From an uncultured Gemmatimonadales bacterium (GTDB lineage Bacteria > Gemmatimonadota > Gemmatimonadetes > Gemmatimonadales > GWC2-71-9), in assembly GCA_963748815.1 (NCBI GenBank), contig CAVVKJ010000005.1, positions 384,001-448,000 of the forward strand: 64,000 nucleotides of DNA, in the 5' to 3' direction. Positions 38,619 through 49,712 of this stretch are shown here, one piece after another. The notes under the pieces were generated by a model. It was not told the DNA's origin. It made no database searches and saw only the letters and a program-made list of their open reading frames with translations. Position 1 is the first letter of the stretch. Each line of letters opens with the position of its first letter. The translations under genes and the position numbers were made by a program.

Positions 38619-40641
38619 AGCTGGTCGCCACATACGGCGCCTCCCTGGTGGTGGCGGGCGTCGTCCCTCGCAGGATGCCGAGCCAGACCCGCGCCGAGGA
38701 AATGACCACGAGGACCACGACCGCCATGAACAGCGCCGCGACGGCGACGTTCAGGCGGTCGTTGAAGATCAATCGGGCTCCCGTGGCCGCATCCACCCCT
38801 CCGCTGGCCATCTGGGCGCTGGTGGCCGCCGCGTGCGCGAGGAATCCGAGCCGCGGATCGGCGGCAAAGATCTTTTGCCACCCCGCCGTCAGCGTGACCA
38901 CCAGCAGCCAGGCGAGCGGCAGGAGGGTGACCCAGGCGTATCGGGCCTTGCCCGAGCGCATCAGCACGGTGGTCCCGACCGCGAGCGCGATGGCGGCGAG
39001 CAGCTGATTGCTGATGCCGAAGAGCGGCCACAGCGTGTTGATCCCGCCGAGGGGGTCGTGCACACCCTGCAGCAGGAACCACCCCCACCCGGCGACGACG
39101 GCACCCGAGGCGAGCACGGTGCTCGGATACCACGACGTCCGTCCCATCGGCTCCCAGAGGTGGCCCGCCAGCTCCTGGAACATGAAGCGACCGACGCGGG
39201 TGCCGGTATCGACCGTGGTCAGGATGAACAGCGCCTCGAACATGATGGCGAAGTGGTACCAGAGGGCGGTCAGGTGGGCGCCGAAGACGCCGGCAAAGAT
39301 CTGCGCCATCCCCACGGCCAGCGAGGGCGCGCCGCCGGTGCGCGCGAGGAGGGTGGACTCACCCACCGAGGCGGCCAGCGCCTCCATCTGTCCTGGCGAG
39401 AGGACGAAACCCCAGCCCCGGATCGTCTCCGCGGCGGCGTCGAGCGATCCGCCGAGGGTGGCGAGGGGAGCGTTGATCGCGAAATAGACGCCCGGGTCGA
39501 GCACCGCGGCGGCGCAGAGCGCCATGACCGCCACGAACGACTCCATCAGCATGCCGCCGTAGCCGATGAGCGGGGCGTCGCCTTCGCGGCGCAGCATCTT
39601 GGGGGTGGTGCCGCTCGCCACCAGGGCGTGGAAGCCGCTGATGGCGCCGCAGGCGATGGTGATGAAGGCGAAGGGGAAGAGTTTCCCGGCAAAGATCGGC
39701 CCGGTGCCGTCGATGAACTGCGTGACCGCGGGAAGCTTGATCGGCGGGAGGACCACGAGGATCCCGATCGCCAGCAGGACGATGGTGCCGACCTTCATGA
39801 AGGTCGAGAGGTAGTCCCGCGGACAGAGGAGCATCCAGACCGGGAGCACGCTCGCCACGAAGCCGTAGGCGATGATGAGCCAGGCGATGGTGGTGCCGTT
39901 CATCGTGAAGAGCGGGGCGAGCACGGCGCTCTCCGCCACCAGGCGCCCGCCGATGAGCGCGGCCATCAGCAGCACGATGCCGACGGTCGTGGCCTCGAGG
40001 GTCCGGCCCGGTCGCCACACCTTCATCCAGAACCCCATCAGCAGCGCGATCGGCACGGTGCAGGCGATGGTGAACATCCCCCACGGGCTGTCGCGAAGGG
40101 CGTTGACCACGACCAGGGCGAGGACGGCGAGGAGGATGATCATGATGGCCAGGATGGCGACCATCGCCGCGAGGCCGGTGACGGGGCCGATTTCCTCCTT
40201 CGCCATCTGGCCGAGGGACTTGCCATCCCGACGCATGGAGGCGAAGAGGATGACGAAGTCCTGCACCGCGCCGCCCAGGACGACGCCGAAGACGATCCAG
40301 AGCATCCCGGGGAGGTACCCGAACTGGGCAGCGAGCACGGGGCCAACCAGCGGGCCGGCCCCGGCGATGGCGGCAAAGTGGTGGCCGAAAAGTACGCCTC
40401 GGGTTGTCGGCACAAAATCCCGGCCGTTGGTGAGGCGCTCCGCCGGGGTCGCCCGGGTCGGGTCGATCTCCAGGACCCGAGCCGCGAGGAACCGGGCGTA
40501 GAAGCGATAGCCGACGAGATAGGTGCCGACCGCGGCGAGCACCAGCCAGGCGGCGTTGATGGTCTCGCCACGGTGGAGCGCGAGGACCCCCCACGAGACC
40601 GCGCCGATGACGGACACGAGAATCCAGCCGATGGTTTGCAT
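38608..40641 (-). CDS. cstA: carbon starvation CstA family transporter
   Basis: FGHHFAAIAGAGPLVGPV, WMLLCPRDYLSTF and FITIACGAISGFH motifs. Confidence 0.95.
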   Translation of the reverse strand: MQTIGWILVSVIGAVSWGVLALHRGETINAAWLVLAAVGTYLVGYRFYARFLAARVLEIDPTRATPAERLTNGRDFVPTTRGVLFGHHFAAIAGAGPLVGPVLAAQFGYLPGMLWIVFGVVLGGAVQDFVILFASMRRDGKSLGQMAKEEIGPVTGLAAMVAILAIMIILLAVLALVVVNALRDSPWGMFTIACTVPIALLMGFWMKVWRPGRTLEATTVGIVLLMAALIGGRLVAESAVLAPLFTMNGTTIAWLIIAYGFVASVLPVWMLLCPRDYLSTFMKVGTIVLLAIGILVVLPPIKLPAVTQFIDGTGPIFAGKLFPFAFITIACGAISGFHALVASGTTPKMLRREGDAPLIGYGGMLMESFVAVMALCAAAVLDPGVYFAINAPLATLGGSLDAAAETIRGWGFVLSPGQMEALAASVGESTLLARTGGAPSLAVGMAQIFAGVFGAHLTALWYHFAIMFEALFILTTVDTGTRVGRFMFQELAGHLWEPMGRTSWYPSTVLASGAVVAGWGWFLLQGVHDPLGGINTLWPLFGISNQLLAAIALAVGTTVLMRSGKARYAWVTLLPLAWLLVVTLTAGWQKIFAADPRLGFLAHAAATSAQMASGGVDAATGARLIFNDRLNVAVAALFMAVVVLVVISSARVWLGILRGTTPATTREAPYVATSYAS

Positions 40642-40684
40642 TCTCACAAGATGTTGCCGAATCACGATTGCCGGAAGCACCTTC

Positions 40685-40726
40685 GCTTCCCCGCTTCCCC
40701 GCTTCCCCGCTTCCCCGCTTCCCCGC
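40685..40726 (+). repeat. 5x tandem GCTTCCCC
   Basis: read directly in the cstA/SDR divergent intergenic region. Confidence 0.9.
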
Positions 40727-40768
40727 CTGCTTGCCCTCTCCCGGATCGCGCCGTACCTTCGACAGTCT

Positions 40769-41638
40769 ATGCCGACTCCTCCTTCCGAGTACAAGGGCGG
40801 CCACTGGCAGGCGGCCTCCGGTCGCCGCAGCAGCGGCGCCGTGATGGAACAACCTGCCCCGCAGCCGGTCGCCGACACCGGCTTCCGGGGCAAGGTCGCC
40901 GTTGTGACCGGGGGAGCCACCGGCCTCGGCCGGGCCATCGCGCTCGAGTTCGGGCGGCAGGGATGTCACGTCGCCTTCTGCTTCGTGGATCTCCCCGGCC
41001 GGGACGTCACCGAGCAGGCGCTCCTCACGGAGACCGCCCTCCGCGCCATGGGGGTGGAAGTCTACGCCGCCAAGTGCGATGTCCGCGACGCCGCCGCGGT
41101 CGGTCGCTTCATCGCCGAAGTCCGCCGGGAGCTCGGCGGCTTGCACATCCTCGTCAACAACGCCGGCATCGCCATGGATGGTGCCCTCTGGCGCATGACC
41201 GACAAGGCGTGGAAGGACGTGCTGGAAACCAACATCACCGGCACCTTCCAGTGCATTCGTGCCGTGTCCCAGGGATTCCGGGAACAGCAGTATGGCAAGA
41301 TCGTCAATGTCAGCGCGCACCAGGCCGAGCGGCCGGGGTTCGGGGTGGCAAACTACGCCGCGAGCAAGGCGGGGGTCATCGGGCTGACCCGCGCGGCAGC
41401 GGTGGAACTCGGCCCCTCGAACGTGAACGTGAATGCCGTCGCGCCGGGCTTCATCCGGACGGAACGGATGGGCATGCTGCCCGACGACGTCATCGACCGG
41501 GCCAGGAAGCACTCGGTCCTGGGGCGGGTTGCCGAGCCAGCCGATGTGGCCAAGGTCATTGCCTTCCTCTGCTCCGACGACGCCCGCCATGTCACCGGTC
41601 AGGTCCTCGTCGTGGACGGCGGTCTTTCGCTCGAGTAG
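40769..41638 (+). CDS. FabG-like short-chain dehydrogenase (start may be 40844)
   Basis: TGGATGLG, NNAG, YAASK and PGFI motifs. Confidence 0.9.
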   Translation: MPTPPSEYKGGHWQAASGRRSSGAVMEQPAPQPVADTGFRGKVAVVTGGATGLGRAIALEFGRQGCHVAFCFVDLPGRDVTEQALLTETALRAMGVEVYAAKCDVRDAAAVGRFIAEVRRELGGLHILVNNAGIAMDGALWRMTDKAWKDVLETNITGTFQCIRAVSQGFREQQYGKIVNVSAHQAERPGFGVANYAASKAGVIGLTRAAAVELGPSNVNVNAVAPGFIRTERMGMLPDDVIDRARKHSVLGRVAEPADVAKVIAFLCSDDARHVTGQVLVVDGGLSLE

Positions 41639-41795
41639 GTCGCCCTCCCCCCACCCTCCGCATCCCATTAGATTTCCAAGGCTTACGGCCCTTCGCGCGG
41701 GTTGGCGACGGAGGGCATATCACGTTGTCCACTCGCGACTTACCAGAGGGCAGGCCTTCCCCGATGGGGGCGGCCGCCCGGACAAGGGAGTCTCC

Positions 41796-42482
41796 GTGTA
41801 TCGCATATCTCGTCTGCTGGTCCTGGTCGGCTTGGCCGCGTGCGCCGGAGGGAGCAAGGCGCCGGTCGGTCCCGATCCCGTCGAAGCGCAGGATGCCCAG
41901 GCTCCGAAGCCAAAGTCCCAGGTGAAGATGCCGCCCGCGATTCCGATGAACACCCTCGGCATCGCCGGGCAGGTGGTGGGCGTCCTCCCCGCCACGCTGG
42001 TCGTGGCGCGGGATTCCCTGGCCGGACAGCCGCCATTTGCCGATCGCGCCAGCAGCAACACCTGGGCGGACTCGATCATGGGCGAAATGATGATGATGCG
42101 GGCGCCCGACGTGAAGTGGAAACTCCCGGCGCAGATGCGCGCGGTGGCGCGGAGTGCGCCGGGCATGGCCGCCGATCCCGACTACCTGGGCCAGGCGGCG
42201 CTGCGGGACCCGACGATCACCAAGGTCCCCAACCCGATGATTTCCAATATCCGCAACCTCATGGCCATCGCCGGGGGGCGCTACGCCTTCGCGGCGGCGT
42301 CCCTCTCGTTCCAGCACGACAGCCTTGGGGCGGTCGAGGCGCGCGGCAATTTCGTGGGCATCGACACCCGCATGGGCGATGTCATCTTCCGGAGCTACAT
42401 CATCGCCTCGGGCGCGACGCCGGTCGCCGCGATGGACTCCGTGATGACGATTCTCTTTCCGTCCGTCACCGTCGAACCATGA
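41796..42482 (+). CDS. lipoprotein, unknown function
   Basis: SD AAGGGAG, GTG start and LAAC lipobox. Confidence 0.75.
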   Translation: MYRISRLLVLVGLAACAGGSKAPVGPDPVEAQDAQAPKPKSQVKMPPAIPMNTLGIAGQVVGVLPATLVVARDSLAGQPPFADRASSNTWADSIMGEMMMMRAPDVKWKLPAQMRAVARSAPGMAADPDYLGQAALRDPTITKVPNPMISNIRNLMAIAGGRYAFAAASLSFQHDSLGAVEARGNFVGIDTRMGDVIFRSYIIASGATPVAAMDSVMTILFPSVTVEP

Positions 42483-43495
42483 CCCACGCGGTCACATTGA
42501 TCCCGGGTGACGGGATCGGCCCGGAAATCACCGCCGCCACCAGGAAGGTGCTGGAGGCGACGGGCGTCCGGTTCGACTGGGAGGAGCAGGTCGCTGGCAT
42601 GGCGGCGGTCGATCGCGCCGGCGACCCGCTGCCGGACGCCACCGTGGAGAGCATCCGCCGCACGCAGCTGGCGCTGAAGGGTCCGCTCACCACGCCGGTC
42701 GGCACCGGCTTCCGCTCGGTCAACGTGGCGCTGCGGAAGGAATTCCAGCTCTACGCCAACGTGCGGCCGACCCGGAGCATCGCCGGCGTCGGGAAGTTTC
42801 CGAACGTGGACCTGGTGCTGGTGCGGGAGAACGTGGAGGGCCTCTACGTCGGCGTGGAGCATTTCGTCCCGGTGGGCGACGACCCGCGGGCGGTCGCGGA
42901 ATCGGTGGCCATCGTGACCCGCGCGGGCTGCGAGCGGATCATCCGCTACGCGTTCGAGTACGCGGTCCGGAAGGGACGGAAGAAGGTCACCGTCATCCAC
43001 AAGGCCAATATCCTCAAGATGGTGAGCGGGCTCTTCCTCGAGGTGGGGCGTCAGGTCGCGGCGGAGTTCGAGGGCCGGGTCGCCTTCAACGACCTCATCA
43101 TCGACAACGCCGCGATGCAGATGGTGCTCCGCCCCGAGCAGTTCGACGTCATGGTGACCACCAACATGTTCGGCGACATCCTGAGCGACCTGGCCGCCGG
43201 GCTGATCGGCGGACTCGGCCTGGCGCCGGGGGGCAACATCGGGGCGCACGCCGCGGTCTTCGAGGCGGTGCACGGCAGCGCGCCGGACATTGCCGGCAAG
43301 GGCGTCGCCAACCCCTCCGCCCTCATCCTCGCGGGCGCGATGATGCTTGATCATCTGGGCGAGGTCGGGGCGGGGGACCGGGTCCGGGCCGCGGTGGCCC
43401 GGGTCATCGAGCAGGACCTGGTGCGGACCCGCGATCTCGGCGGGACCGCCTCCACCACGGAGTTCGGCGATGCAGTTGTCCGGCGGATCGCCTGA
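42479..43495 (+). CDS. NAD-type isocitrate/isopropylmalate dehydrogenase family
   Basis: [23 protein letters not shown] and [12 protein letters not shown] motifs. Confidence 0.92.
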   Translation: MTHAVTLIPGDGIGPEITAATRKVLEATGVRFDWEEQVAGMAAVDRAGDPLPDATVESIRRTQLALKGPLTTPVGTGFRSVNVALRKEFQLYANVRPTRSIAGVGKFPNVDLVLVRENVEGLYVGVEHFVPVGDDPRAVAESVAIVTRAGCERIIRYAFEYAVRKGRKKVTVIHKANILKMVSGLFLEVGRQVAAEFEGRVAFNDLIIDNAAMQMVLRPEQFDVMVTTNMFGDILSDLAAGLIGGLGLAPGGNIGAHAAVFEAVHGSAPDIAGKGVANPSALILAGAMMLDHLGEVGAGDRVRAAVARVIEQDLVRTRDLGGTASTTEFGDAVVRRIA

Positions 43496-43766
43496 CGTTC
43501 CCTGCCTCACCTGCGGCAAGCGGATCTTCGGGCTCAAGTGGGGCACCGACTGTCCCGACTGTCACGCCGTCCGTGCATCGCGGGCCAACCGGATCGCCGG
43601 ACGGGTGGCGCTGGTGGCCACTGCGCTCATGGCGGCCTACGTCTGGTTCCGCGTGCCGGTCGAACCGGCGCTCGGCCGCATCTACGGCGCCATCGGCGTC
43701 GCGGCCACCTACATCCTGGTGCGTCGCATCGTGAGCCGCATTGCCATGGAGTACCTCCCGCGATGA
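43470..43766 (+). CDS. small zinc-ribbon membrane protein
   Basis: CLTC..CPDC followed by two TM helices; coupled to the next gene. Confidence 0.65.
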   Translation: MQLSGGSPDVPCLTCGKRIFGLKWGTDCPDCHAVRASRANRIAGRVALVATALMAAYVWFRVPVEPALGRIYGAIGVAATYILVRRIVSRIAMEYLPR

Positions 43767-45129
43767 CAAAACTCCTCAAGATCTCGGCGACGACGGCGTT
43801 GCTCCTTGCCGCCGCCCTCCCGCTCTCCGCCCAGACCGGGCTGACCATCTACAACTCGGGACGGGTGCTGGTTCGGCGCACCCTGCCGGTCGCCGTGCCG
43901 AAGGGCGCCTCGGAGCAGCGGGTGAACCTCGGCACCCTCGACCCCGCGACGATCTTCCCGCTTGATCCGGCGGTGAGCCTGCTGGCCGCCACGTATGACG
44001 GCGGCACCGATCAGGGGAGCACCCTGCGGCGCGCCGTGGGCCGGGAGCTGACGTTTGTGCGCGCGCCCGGCGATTCGGTGCGCGCCACCCTTCTCGCGGT
44101 CGATCCCGAGCGATTCCGGTACGCAGACGGCACCATCGGCTTCCAGGCGCCCGGCATGCCGCGCTTCCCGGCGGATGTGGTCATCGTGGAGCCGACGGTG
44201 AAGCTCTCGCTGACCAGCACCAAGGTCGCTGCCGTCGCTCGGGCTGGCGTACTTCACGAGTGGCGCCAGCTGGCAGGCGAGCTACCAGGTGATCCTCGAC
44301 GGGAAGGACGCGCGGGTGCCGGGCAACGCCGTGATTGCCGTCAAGCTCACTCAGACGTCGCGGACGCCGAGCTCCAGTTGCTCGCGGGCGATGTCGGATC
44401 GTGCAGCCGGAAGCAGGGCGGGGCGATGGCCCGGCGTCGCGATGCGGCGCCTGGCGTGGTGTATGAGGATGACCGCAACGGCGGAGCAACGCATTGGCGA
44501 GGCGCACCTCTATTCCATCCCCGGTCGTGTCGACGATCCGCCCGGGCGAGACATCTCGCTCGTGGCGCTCTTCGAGCCGACGACCGCCCCGGTGGCGAAG
44601 CGACTGGTGGTCCGGTCGGGCACTTCCGTACTGGGGTGGGCTGCCGCAGTACGGCGACGAGCAGGATGTACCAGTGGCGGTGACCTACGTCGTGACCAGG
44701 GCGCTCAAGACACCCTTCGGCGATACGCCGGTGCCCGGTGGCGCCGCGCGGATTTACCAGAAGGACGACGGCGGTCGCCTCCAGTTGATCGGGGAGTCCT
44801 CGCTCGATCACACCGCCGCCGGGCAGCCGATGGAACTCGACGCCGGCACCGCCTTCGACCTGACTGCGAAGCGGACGCAGACCACCTACTCGGTGACCCG
44901 CGACAAGAATGGCAAGTCCACCGCCACGGCGGACTATCGCGTCACCGTTGCGAACGCGACCGACTCCTCCGCGACGGTCGAGGTGTACGAGGAGCGCGGC
45001 GGCGACTGGTCGGTGCTGCAGAGCTCGGTGCCGGCGGATCGCGTGTCGAGTACACGGGTCCGGTTCAAGGTCGTGGTGCCCGCCAAGGGGGAATCCACCA
45101 TCACCTACCAGATCCGGGCCTCCTGGTGA
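43763..45129 (+). CDS. DUF4139-type secreted protein (multiple frameshifts 44230-44635)
   Basis: signal peptide and LTIYN; Y.TSG.SW.ASY, EAHLY and IGES.LDHT segments in shifting frames. Confidence 0.78.
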
Positions 45130-45986
45130 CCAGCGTCACCCTGGTCCACCTCTCCGACCTGCACTTCGGTCGCCCGGTGGAGCTGGCCCAGATCCGTGCG
45201 GTCGAGCGCCTGGTGCCAACGCTCGCGCCGGACGCCCTGGTGGTGTCCGGGGACATCAGCCAGCGGGGCCGCCACGGCGAATACCAGCGCGGCCTCGCCT
45301 TCCTCGAGGCGATCCAGGAGACGGCGCCGACCCTCCTCGTGCCCGGCAACCATGACGTGGAGTGGTGGAAGAGCCCCTTCGGATTGTTCGGCAGGGACGT
45401 GCTCTACCGGAAGTACCGGACCTACTTCGGGAACGAGCTCACGCCGGTGCTGCGGCTGCCCGGACTGGTGGTGGCGGGCGCGCTGTCGGCGCATGGCCTG
45501 AGCGTGGGGTCGATGACCTGGAACCAGCGTGACCTGACCGTGAAGGGCCACATCCCGACCTCCGAGACCGACCGGGTGGCGAAGCTCTTCGCCGCCGAAC
45601 CGCCGGAGGCGGTCAAGGTGGTGGTGATGCACCACAACGTCCTCCGGGGCGAGATCAGCGAGCGGATGGGCCTGGCGCATTGGCCCAGCGCCCAGCGGCG
45701 GCTCGACGCCACTGGTGCCGACGTGGTGCTCTGCGGGCACGATCACCAGGAGGGAGCCGGGCAGTTGCCGCGGGGGACCGTGGTCAGCACGGCGAGCACC
45801 CTGAGCGACCGGACCCGCGGCAAGCGTCCCTCGGTGTTCAACGTCATCCGCATCGATCCGGATGCCGTGCAGGTCGAGCATTGGCGCTGGGACCGCGCGG
45901 CGGATGAGTTCCGCGCGTCGGACAGTCATACTTTCGCCCGCGCAGGGGAGCGCCATGGGGTTGTGGGGGCAGGCCGCGTCGCCTGA
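45126..45986 (+). CDS. calcineurin-like metallophosphoesterase
   Basis: SDLH, GD, GNHD, HH and GHDH motifs. Confidence 0.9.
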   Translation: MTSVTLVHLSDLHFGRPVELAQIRAVERLVPTLAPDALVVSGDISQRGRHGEYQRGLAFLEAIQETAPTLLVPGNHDVEWWKSPFGLFGRDVLYRKYRTYFGNELTPVLRLPGLVVAGALSAHGLSVGSMTWNQRDLTVKGHIPTSETDRVAKLFAAEPPEAVKVVVMHHNVLRGEISERMGLAHWPSAQRRLDATGADVVLCGHDHQEGAGQLPRGTVVSTASTLSDRTRGKRPSVFNVIRIDPDAVQVEHWRWDRAADEFRASDSHTFARAGERHGVVGAGRVA

Positions 45987-46656
45987 GACCGCCGAGGCGG
46001 TGCTGCGCCGCCGGCTGGATGCGCTGGGGATGCCGCCGTTCCGGGGGTTCGCGACGCACACCAACCGGACGGTGCTGCTGAGTGTCACGTCCGAAGGGGT
46101 GCTCCGGATGCACCGTGGCTATGCCTGGGCGCCCGATCGGGTCCTCTCGGCCATCGTGAAGTACGTGCGGCCGGGGACCCGCCGCGCGACGCGTCGGAGC
46201 GCGGAACGGGAGTTCCTGACCTTCCCGGTGGAGGTCCATGCGCCCCCGGCCCGCCCCAGCCGCCGCGGGGTCGAACGGCCCCGAGCCGGCGACGACGCCG
46301 TCCTGGCCCGCCTGGTGGAGATGCACCAGCGGCTGAACGGCCAGCATTTCGACGGTGGGTTGCCGGCGATCCGCTTTCGGCTCTCGAGTCGGATGCGGAC
46401 CCGGCTCGGCGAACTGGCCGTGGATGCGCGGAGCGGCAAGCCGCTGGAGATCGCCGTGAGCCGGGCGCACCTGAAGCACGGGTGGGCAGAGGTGGAGCAG
46501 ACGGTGCTGCACGAGATGGTGCATCAGTGGCAGGCCGAGTCCGCGCTGCCGGTCGATCATGGAACTGTTTTCCGCCGGAAGGCGCGCGCGGTGGGCATCG
46601 AGCCCAGCGCGCGGCGTCACCTGGGCCACGGGGGCCCCCGGCGCACGATAGACTGA
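45955..46656 (+). CDS. SprT-like zinc metalloprotease
   Basis: SRMRTRLG, LHEMVH and HG..F motifs. Confidence 0.85.
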   Translation: MGLWGQAASPETAEAVLRRRLDALGMPPFRGFATHTNRTVLLSVTSEGVLRMHRGYAWAPDRVLSAIVKYVRPGTRRATRRSAEREFLTFPVEVHAPPARPSRRGVERPRAGDDAVLARLVEMHQRLNGQHFDGGLPAIRFRLSSRMRTRLGELAVDARSGKPLEIAVSRAHLKHGWAEVEQTVLHEMVHQWQAESALPVDHGTVFRRKARAVGIEPSARRHLGHGGPRRTID

Positions 46657-46687
46657 CCCTCAACAGGATCACCAGAGGCTCGTCCCA

Positions 46688-47872
46688 ATGGCGAACGCAT
46701 TTGCGGGAGTGGATTTCTACGACGTCGACAGCTTGCTCTCCGAGGAAGAGCGCGCGGTGCGGGACACCGTACGCGCCTGGGTCGAGGAGCACCTCATGCC
46801 GGTTATCGGCGATGCCTACATCGAAGGCAAGTTTCCGAAGCAGCTGATTCCCGGCATGGCGGAACTGGGTTTCTTCGGCGCCAACCTTCCCGAGGAGTAC
46901 GGCTGCGCCGGGCTCAACAACGTGTCGTATGGCCTCATCATGCAGGAGCTGGAACGGGGCGACAGCGGGATCCGGTCGTTTGCGTCGGTGCAGGGCGCTC
47001 TCGTCATGTACCCGATCTACGCGTTCGGCTCCGAGGAGCAGAAGACGCACTGGCTGCCCCGGCTCGCTTCCGGCAAGGACATCGGCTGCTTCGGCCTGAC
47101 CGAACCCGATTACGGCTCCAATCCCGGCGGGATGATTACCACCGCGAAGGAGACGAAGGACGGCTGGCTGCTGAACGGCGCCAAGATGTGGATCACCAAC
47201 GGTTCCCAGGCCACCGTCTCGATCATCTGGGCCAAGACCGGCGGCATCGACGACGTCAAGTCGATCCGCGGCTTCATCGTGCCCGCCAGCACCAAGGGGT
47301 ACACGGCCAGGGACCAGAAGGGGAAGCTGTCCCTCCGCGCCAGCGACACCAGCGAAATCGTGCTGCAGGACTGCCTCGTGCCGAAGGACGCCATCCTCCC
47401 CAAGTCGGGCGGCATCAAGAGCCCGCTGATGTGCCTGACGCAGGCGCGGTATGGCATCGCGTGGGGCGGCATCGGCGCGGCGATGGCCTGCTTCGACGAG
47501 GCGCTGAGCTACTCCAAGGAACGGATCATGTTCGGGAAGCCCATCGGGCAGACGCAGTTCCAGCAGTCCCGCCTGGCGGAGATGCTCACGGAAATCACCA
47601 AGGCGCAGCTGCTCACCCTGCAGCTTGGTCGCCTCAAGGATCGCGGCACCATGACGCCCGACCAGGTGTCGCTCGCCAAGCGCAACAACATCAACATGGC
47701 CTGCGAGGCGGCGCGCGAGGCGCGCCGCCTCCTCGGCGCAAACGGCATCCTGGCGGAATACCACTCGATGCGGCACATGGCCAACCTCGAGTCGGTCTAT
47801 ACCTACGAGGGGACGCACGACATGCACACCCTCATCCTCGGACAGGCCGTGACCGGCCTGCCGGCGTTCTAG
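46688..47872 (+). CDS. acyl-CoA dehydrogenase, glutaryl-CoA DH-like
   Basis: ELERGDSGIRS, FGLTEP..GS, KMWITN and TYEGT motifs. Confidence 0.92.
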   Translation: MANAFAGVDFYDVDSLLSEEERAVRDTVRAWVEEHLMPVIGDAYIEGKFPKQLIPGMAELGFFGANLPEEYGCAGLNNVSYGLIMQELERGDSGIRSFASVQGALVMYPIYAFGSEEQKTHWLPRLASGKDIGCFGLTEPDYGSNPGGMITTAKETKDGWLLNGAKMWITNGSQATVSIIWAKTGGIDDVKSIRGFIVPASTKGYTARDQKGKLSLRASDTSEIVLQDCLVPKDAILPKSGGIKSPLMCLTQARYGIAWGGIGAAMACFDEALSYSKERIMFGKPIGQTQFQQSRLAEMLTEITKAQLLTLQLGRLKDRGTMTPDQVSLAKRNNINMACEAAREARRLLGANGILAEYHSMRHMANLESVYTYEGTHDMHTLILGQAVTGLPAF

Positions 47873-47899
47873 CAACGAATTCGTACGCTGGGAGTTGAC

Positions 47900-48652
47900 G
47901 TGAAAATCGCCGTCTGCATCAAGCGGGTACCGGACATGGACCTGCGGTTTGCCATCGGGGCCGATGGCAAGGCGCTGGATCCCGCCGGCCTCAAGTACGA
48001 TATCGCCGACTTCGACGGGTATGCGGTCGAGGCGGGCCTGCGGCTGGTGGAAGCCCACGGCTCGGGTGACGTCATCGTCGTCTCGGTGGGCCCTACCGCC
48101 GTGCAGGAGACGCTGCGCAAGGCGCTCGGCATGGGCGCCCACGGCGCCATCCAGCTCGATGCCGCCGAGGTACCCTTCGACGGCATGGCCATCGCCGCTG
48201 CGCTGGCCGCCGAACTCAAGGAGGGCGGGTACGACCTGGTGCTGTTCGGTCGCATGGCCACCGACAGCGCCAACCAGACCGTCGGGCCGATGACCGCCCA
48301 CCTGATGGGCGTGCCCTGCGTCACCGCCATCTCGAAGCTCGAGGTCGCCGGAGGGCGCGGCACCGCCGAGCGCCAGCTGGAGGGTGCCGTCGAAACAGTG
48401 GAGTTTCCGCTGCCGGCCGTCGTGACGATCGACGAGGGGCTGGGCCGTCCGCGGCTCCCTTCGCTGAAGGGAATCATGGCCGCCAAGAAGAAGCCGCTCG
48501 AGGTCAAGCCGGCCCAGCTGGGCGCGGCCAGCCTGACCGTGGATGCCATCGCGCTGCCGCCCGACCGGCCGCCGGGGCGGATCATCGGCGAGGGCGCGGA
48601 CGCGGTGCCGGAACTCATCCGGCTTCTCCAGACCGAAGCGAAGGTGCTCTGA
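47900..48652 (+). CDS. etfB: electron transfer flavoprotein beta subunit
   Basis: VCIKRVPD and PRLPSLKGIMAAKKK motifs. Confidence 0.93.
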   Translation: MKIAVCIKRVPDMDLRFAIGADGKALDPAGLKYDIADFDGYAVEAGLRLVEAHGSGDVIVVSVGPTAVQETLRKALGMGAHGAIQLDAAEVPFDGMAIAAALAAELKEGGYDLVLFGRMATDSANQTVGPMTAHLMGVPCVTAISKLEVAGGRGTAERQLEGAVETVEFPLPAVVTIDEGLGRPRLPSLKGIMAAKKKPLEVKPAQLGAASLTVDAIALPPDRPPGRIIGEGADAVPELIRLLQTEAKVL

Positions 48653-49641
48653 TGGCCAACATGTTCGCATTCGCCGAAGCACGGGGCGGCGCGCTCCGCA
48701 AGGTCGCGCTGGAGGCGGTCAGCGCGGCCCGGCAGGCCGCCGATGCCACCGGCGGCGGCGAGGTGCACGCCCTCCTCATCGGCGCGCCGGGGATCGGCGC
48801 CCGGGCGGAAGCCCTGGGCCGTGCCGGCGCCGACGTCGTGATGGTCGTGGAGCACGCCGGCCTCGCGCGGTACAGCCCGGAGGTCTTTGCGGCGACGGCG
48901 GCTGCCCAGGTGAAGAGCGGCGGCTACCGCGGCGCGTTCTTCGCCGCCTCGGCCGAGGGGCGCGATCTCGCCCCGCGGGTGGCGGCGGCGCTCGGGGTCA
49001 GCATGGCATCGGACCTGACGAGCGTCGCCTTCGAGGGCGACGCGCTCATCGGGCAGCACCCGACCCACATCGGCAAGATCGTCACCACCGTGCGACTGAC
49101 CAGCACGCCGGCCGTCGTCACCCTGCGGCCGGGTGCGGTCCTTGCGACCGACGCCGACCGGACCGCCCGCCTGCAGCAGGCCGAGCCGGCGCTCGACCCG
49201 GCCGCGGCACGGGTCGTCGTCACGAAGCTGGGGGGGAGCGGCGACACCCAACTCGACCTCGCGGACGCGCCCGTGGTCGTGGCAGGCGGTCGAGGGTTGC
49301 GCGAGGCAGCCAATTTCGCGCTGGTCGAGGGGCTGGCCGCCGCGTTCGGCAACGCCGCCGTGGGCGCCACCCGCGCGGTGACGGACGACGGCTGGCGGGA
49401 CCCGTCCACCCAGATCGGGCAGACCGGCCGCATCGTGAGTCCGGACCTGTATGTCGCGGTGGGAATTTCCGGCGCCATCCAGCACCTGGCCGGGATGCGC
49501 ACCTCGAAGACCATCGTGGCCATCAACAAGGACAAGGACGCCCCGATCTTCAAGCTGGCCGACTACGGCATCGTGGGCGATCTCTTCGAGGTGGTGCCGG
49601 TGCTGACGGAGGCGGTGAAGAAGGCGCGCGCGGGCGGGTAA
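48652..49641 (+). CDS. etfA: electron transfer flavoprotein alpha subunit
   Basis: [18 protein letters not shown] and [11 protein letters not shown] motifs. Confidence 0.94.
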   Translation: MANMFAFAEARGGALRKVALEAVSAARQAADATGGGEVHALLIGAPGIGARAEALGRAGADVVMVVEHAGLARYSPEVFAATAAAQVKSGGYRGAFFAASAEGRDLAPRVAAALGVSMASDLTSVAFEGDALIGQHPTHIGKIVTTVRLTSTPAVVTLRPGAVLATDADRTARLQQAEPALDPAAARVVVTKLGGSGDTQLDLADAPVVVAGGRGLREAANFALVEGLAAAFGNAAVGATRAVTDDGWRDPSTQIGQTGRIVSPDLYVAVGISGAIQHLAGMRTSKTIVAINKDKDAPIFKLADYGIVGDLFEVVPVLTEAVKKARAGG

Positions 49642-49712
49642 CCGGTTTTTCGCCGCGCCCCCTATATTGATGCATCAATTGCCGTCCGATCGGTACTCAA
49701 GGAGCCCCCGCC

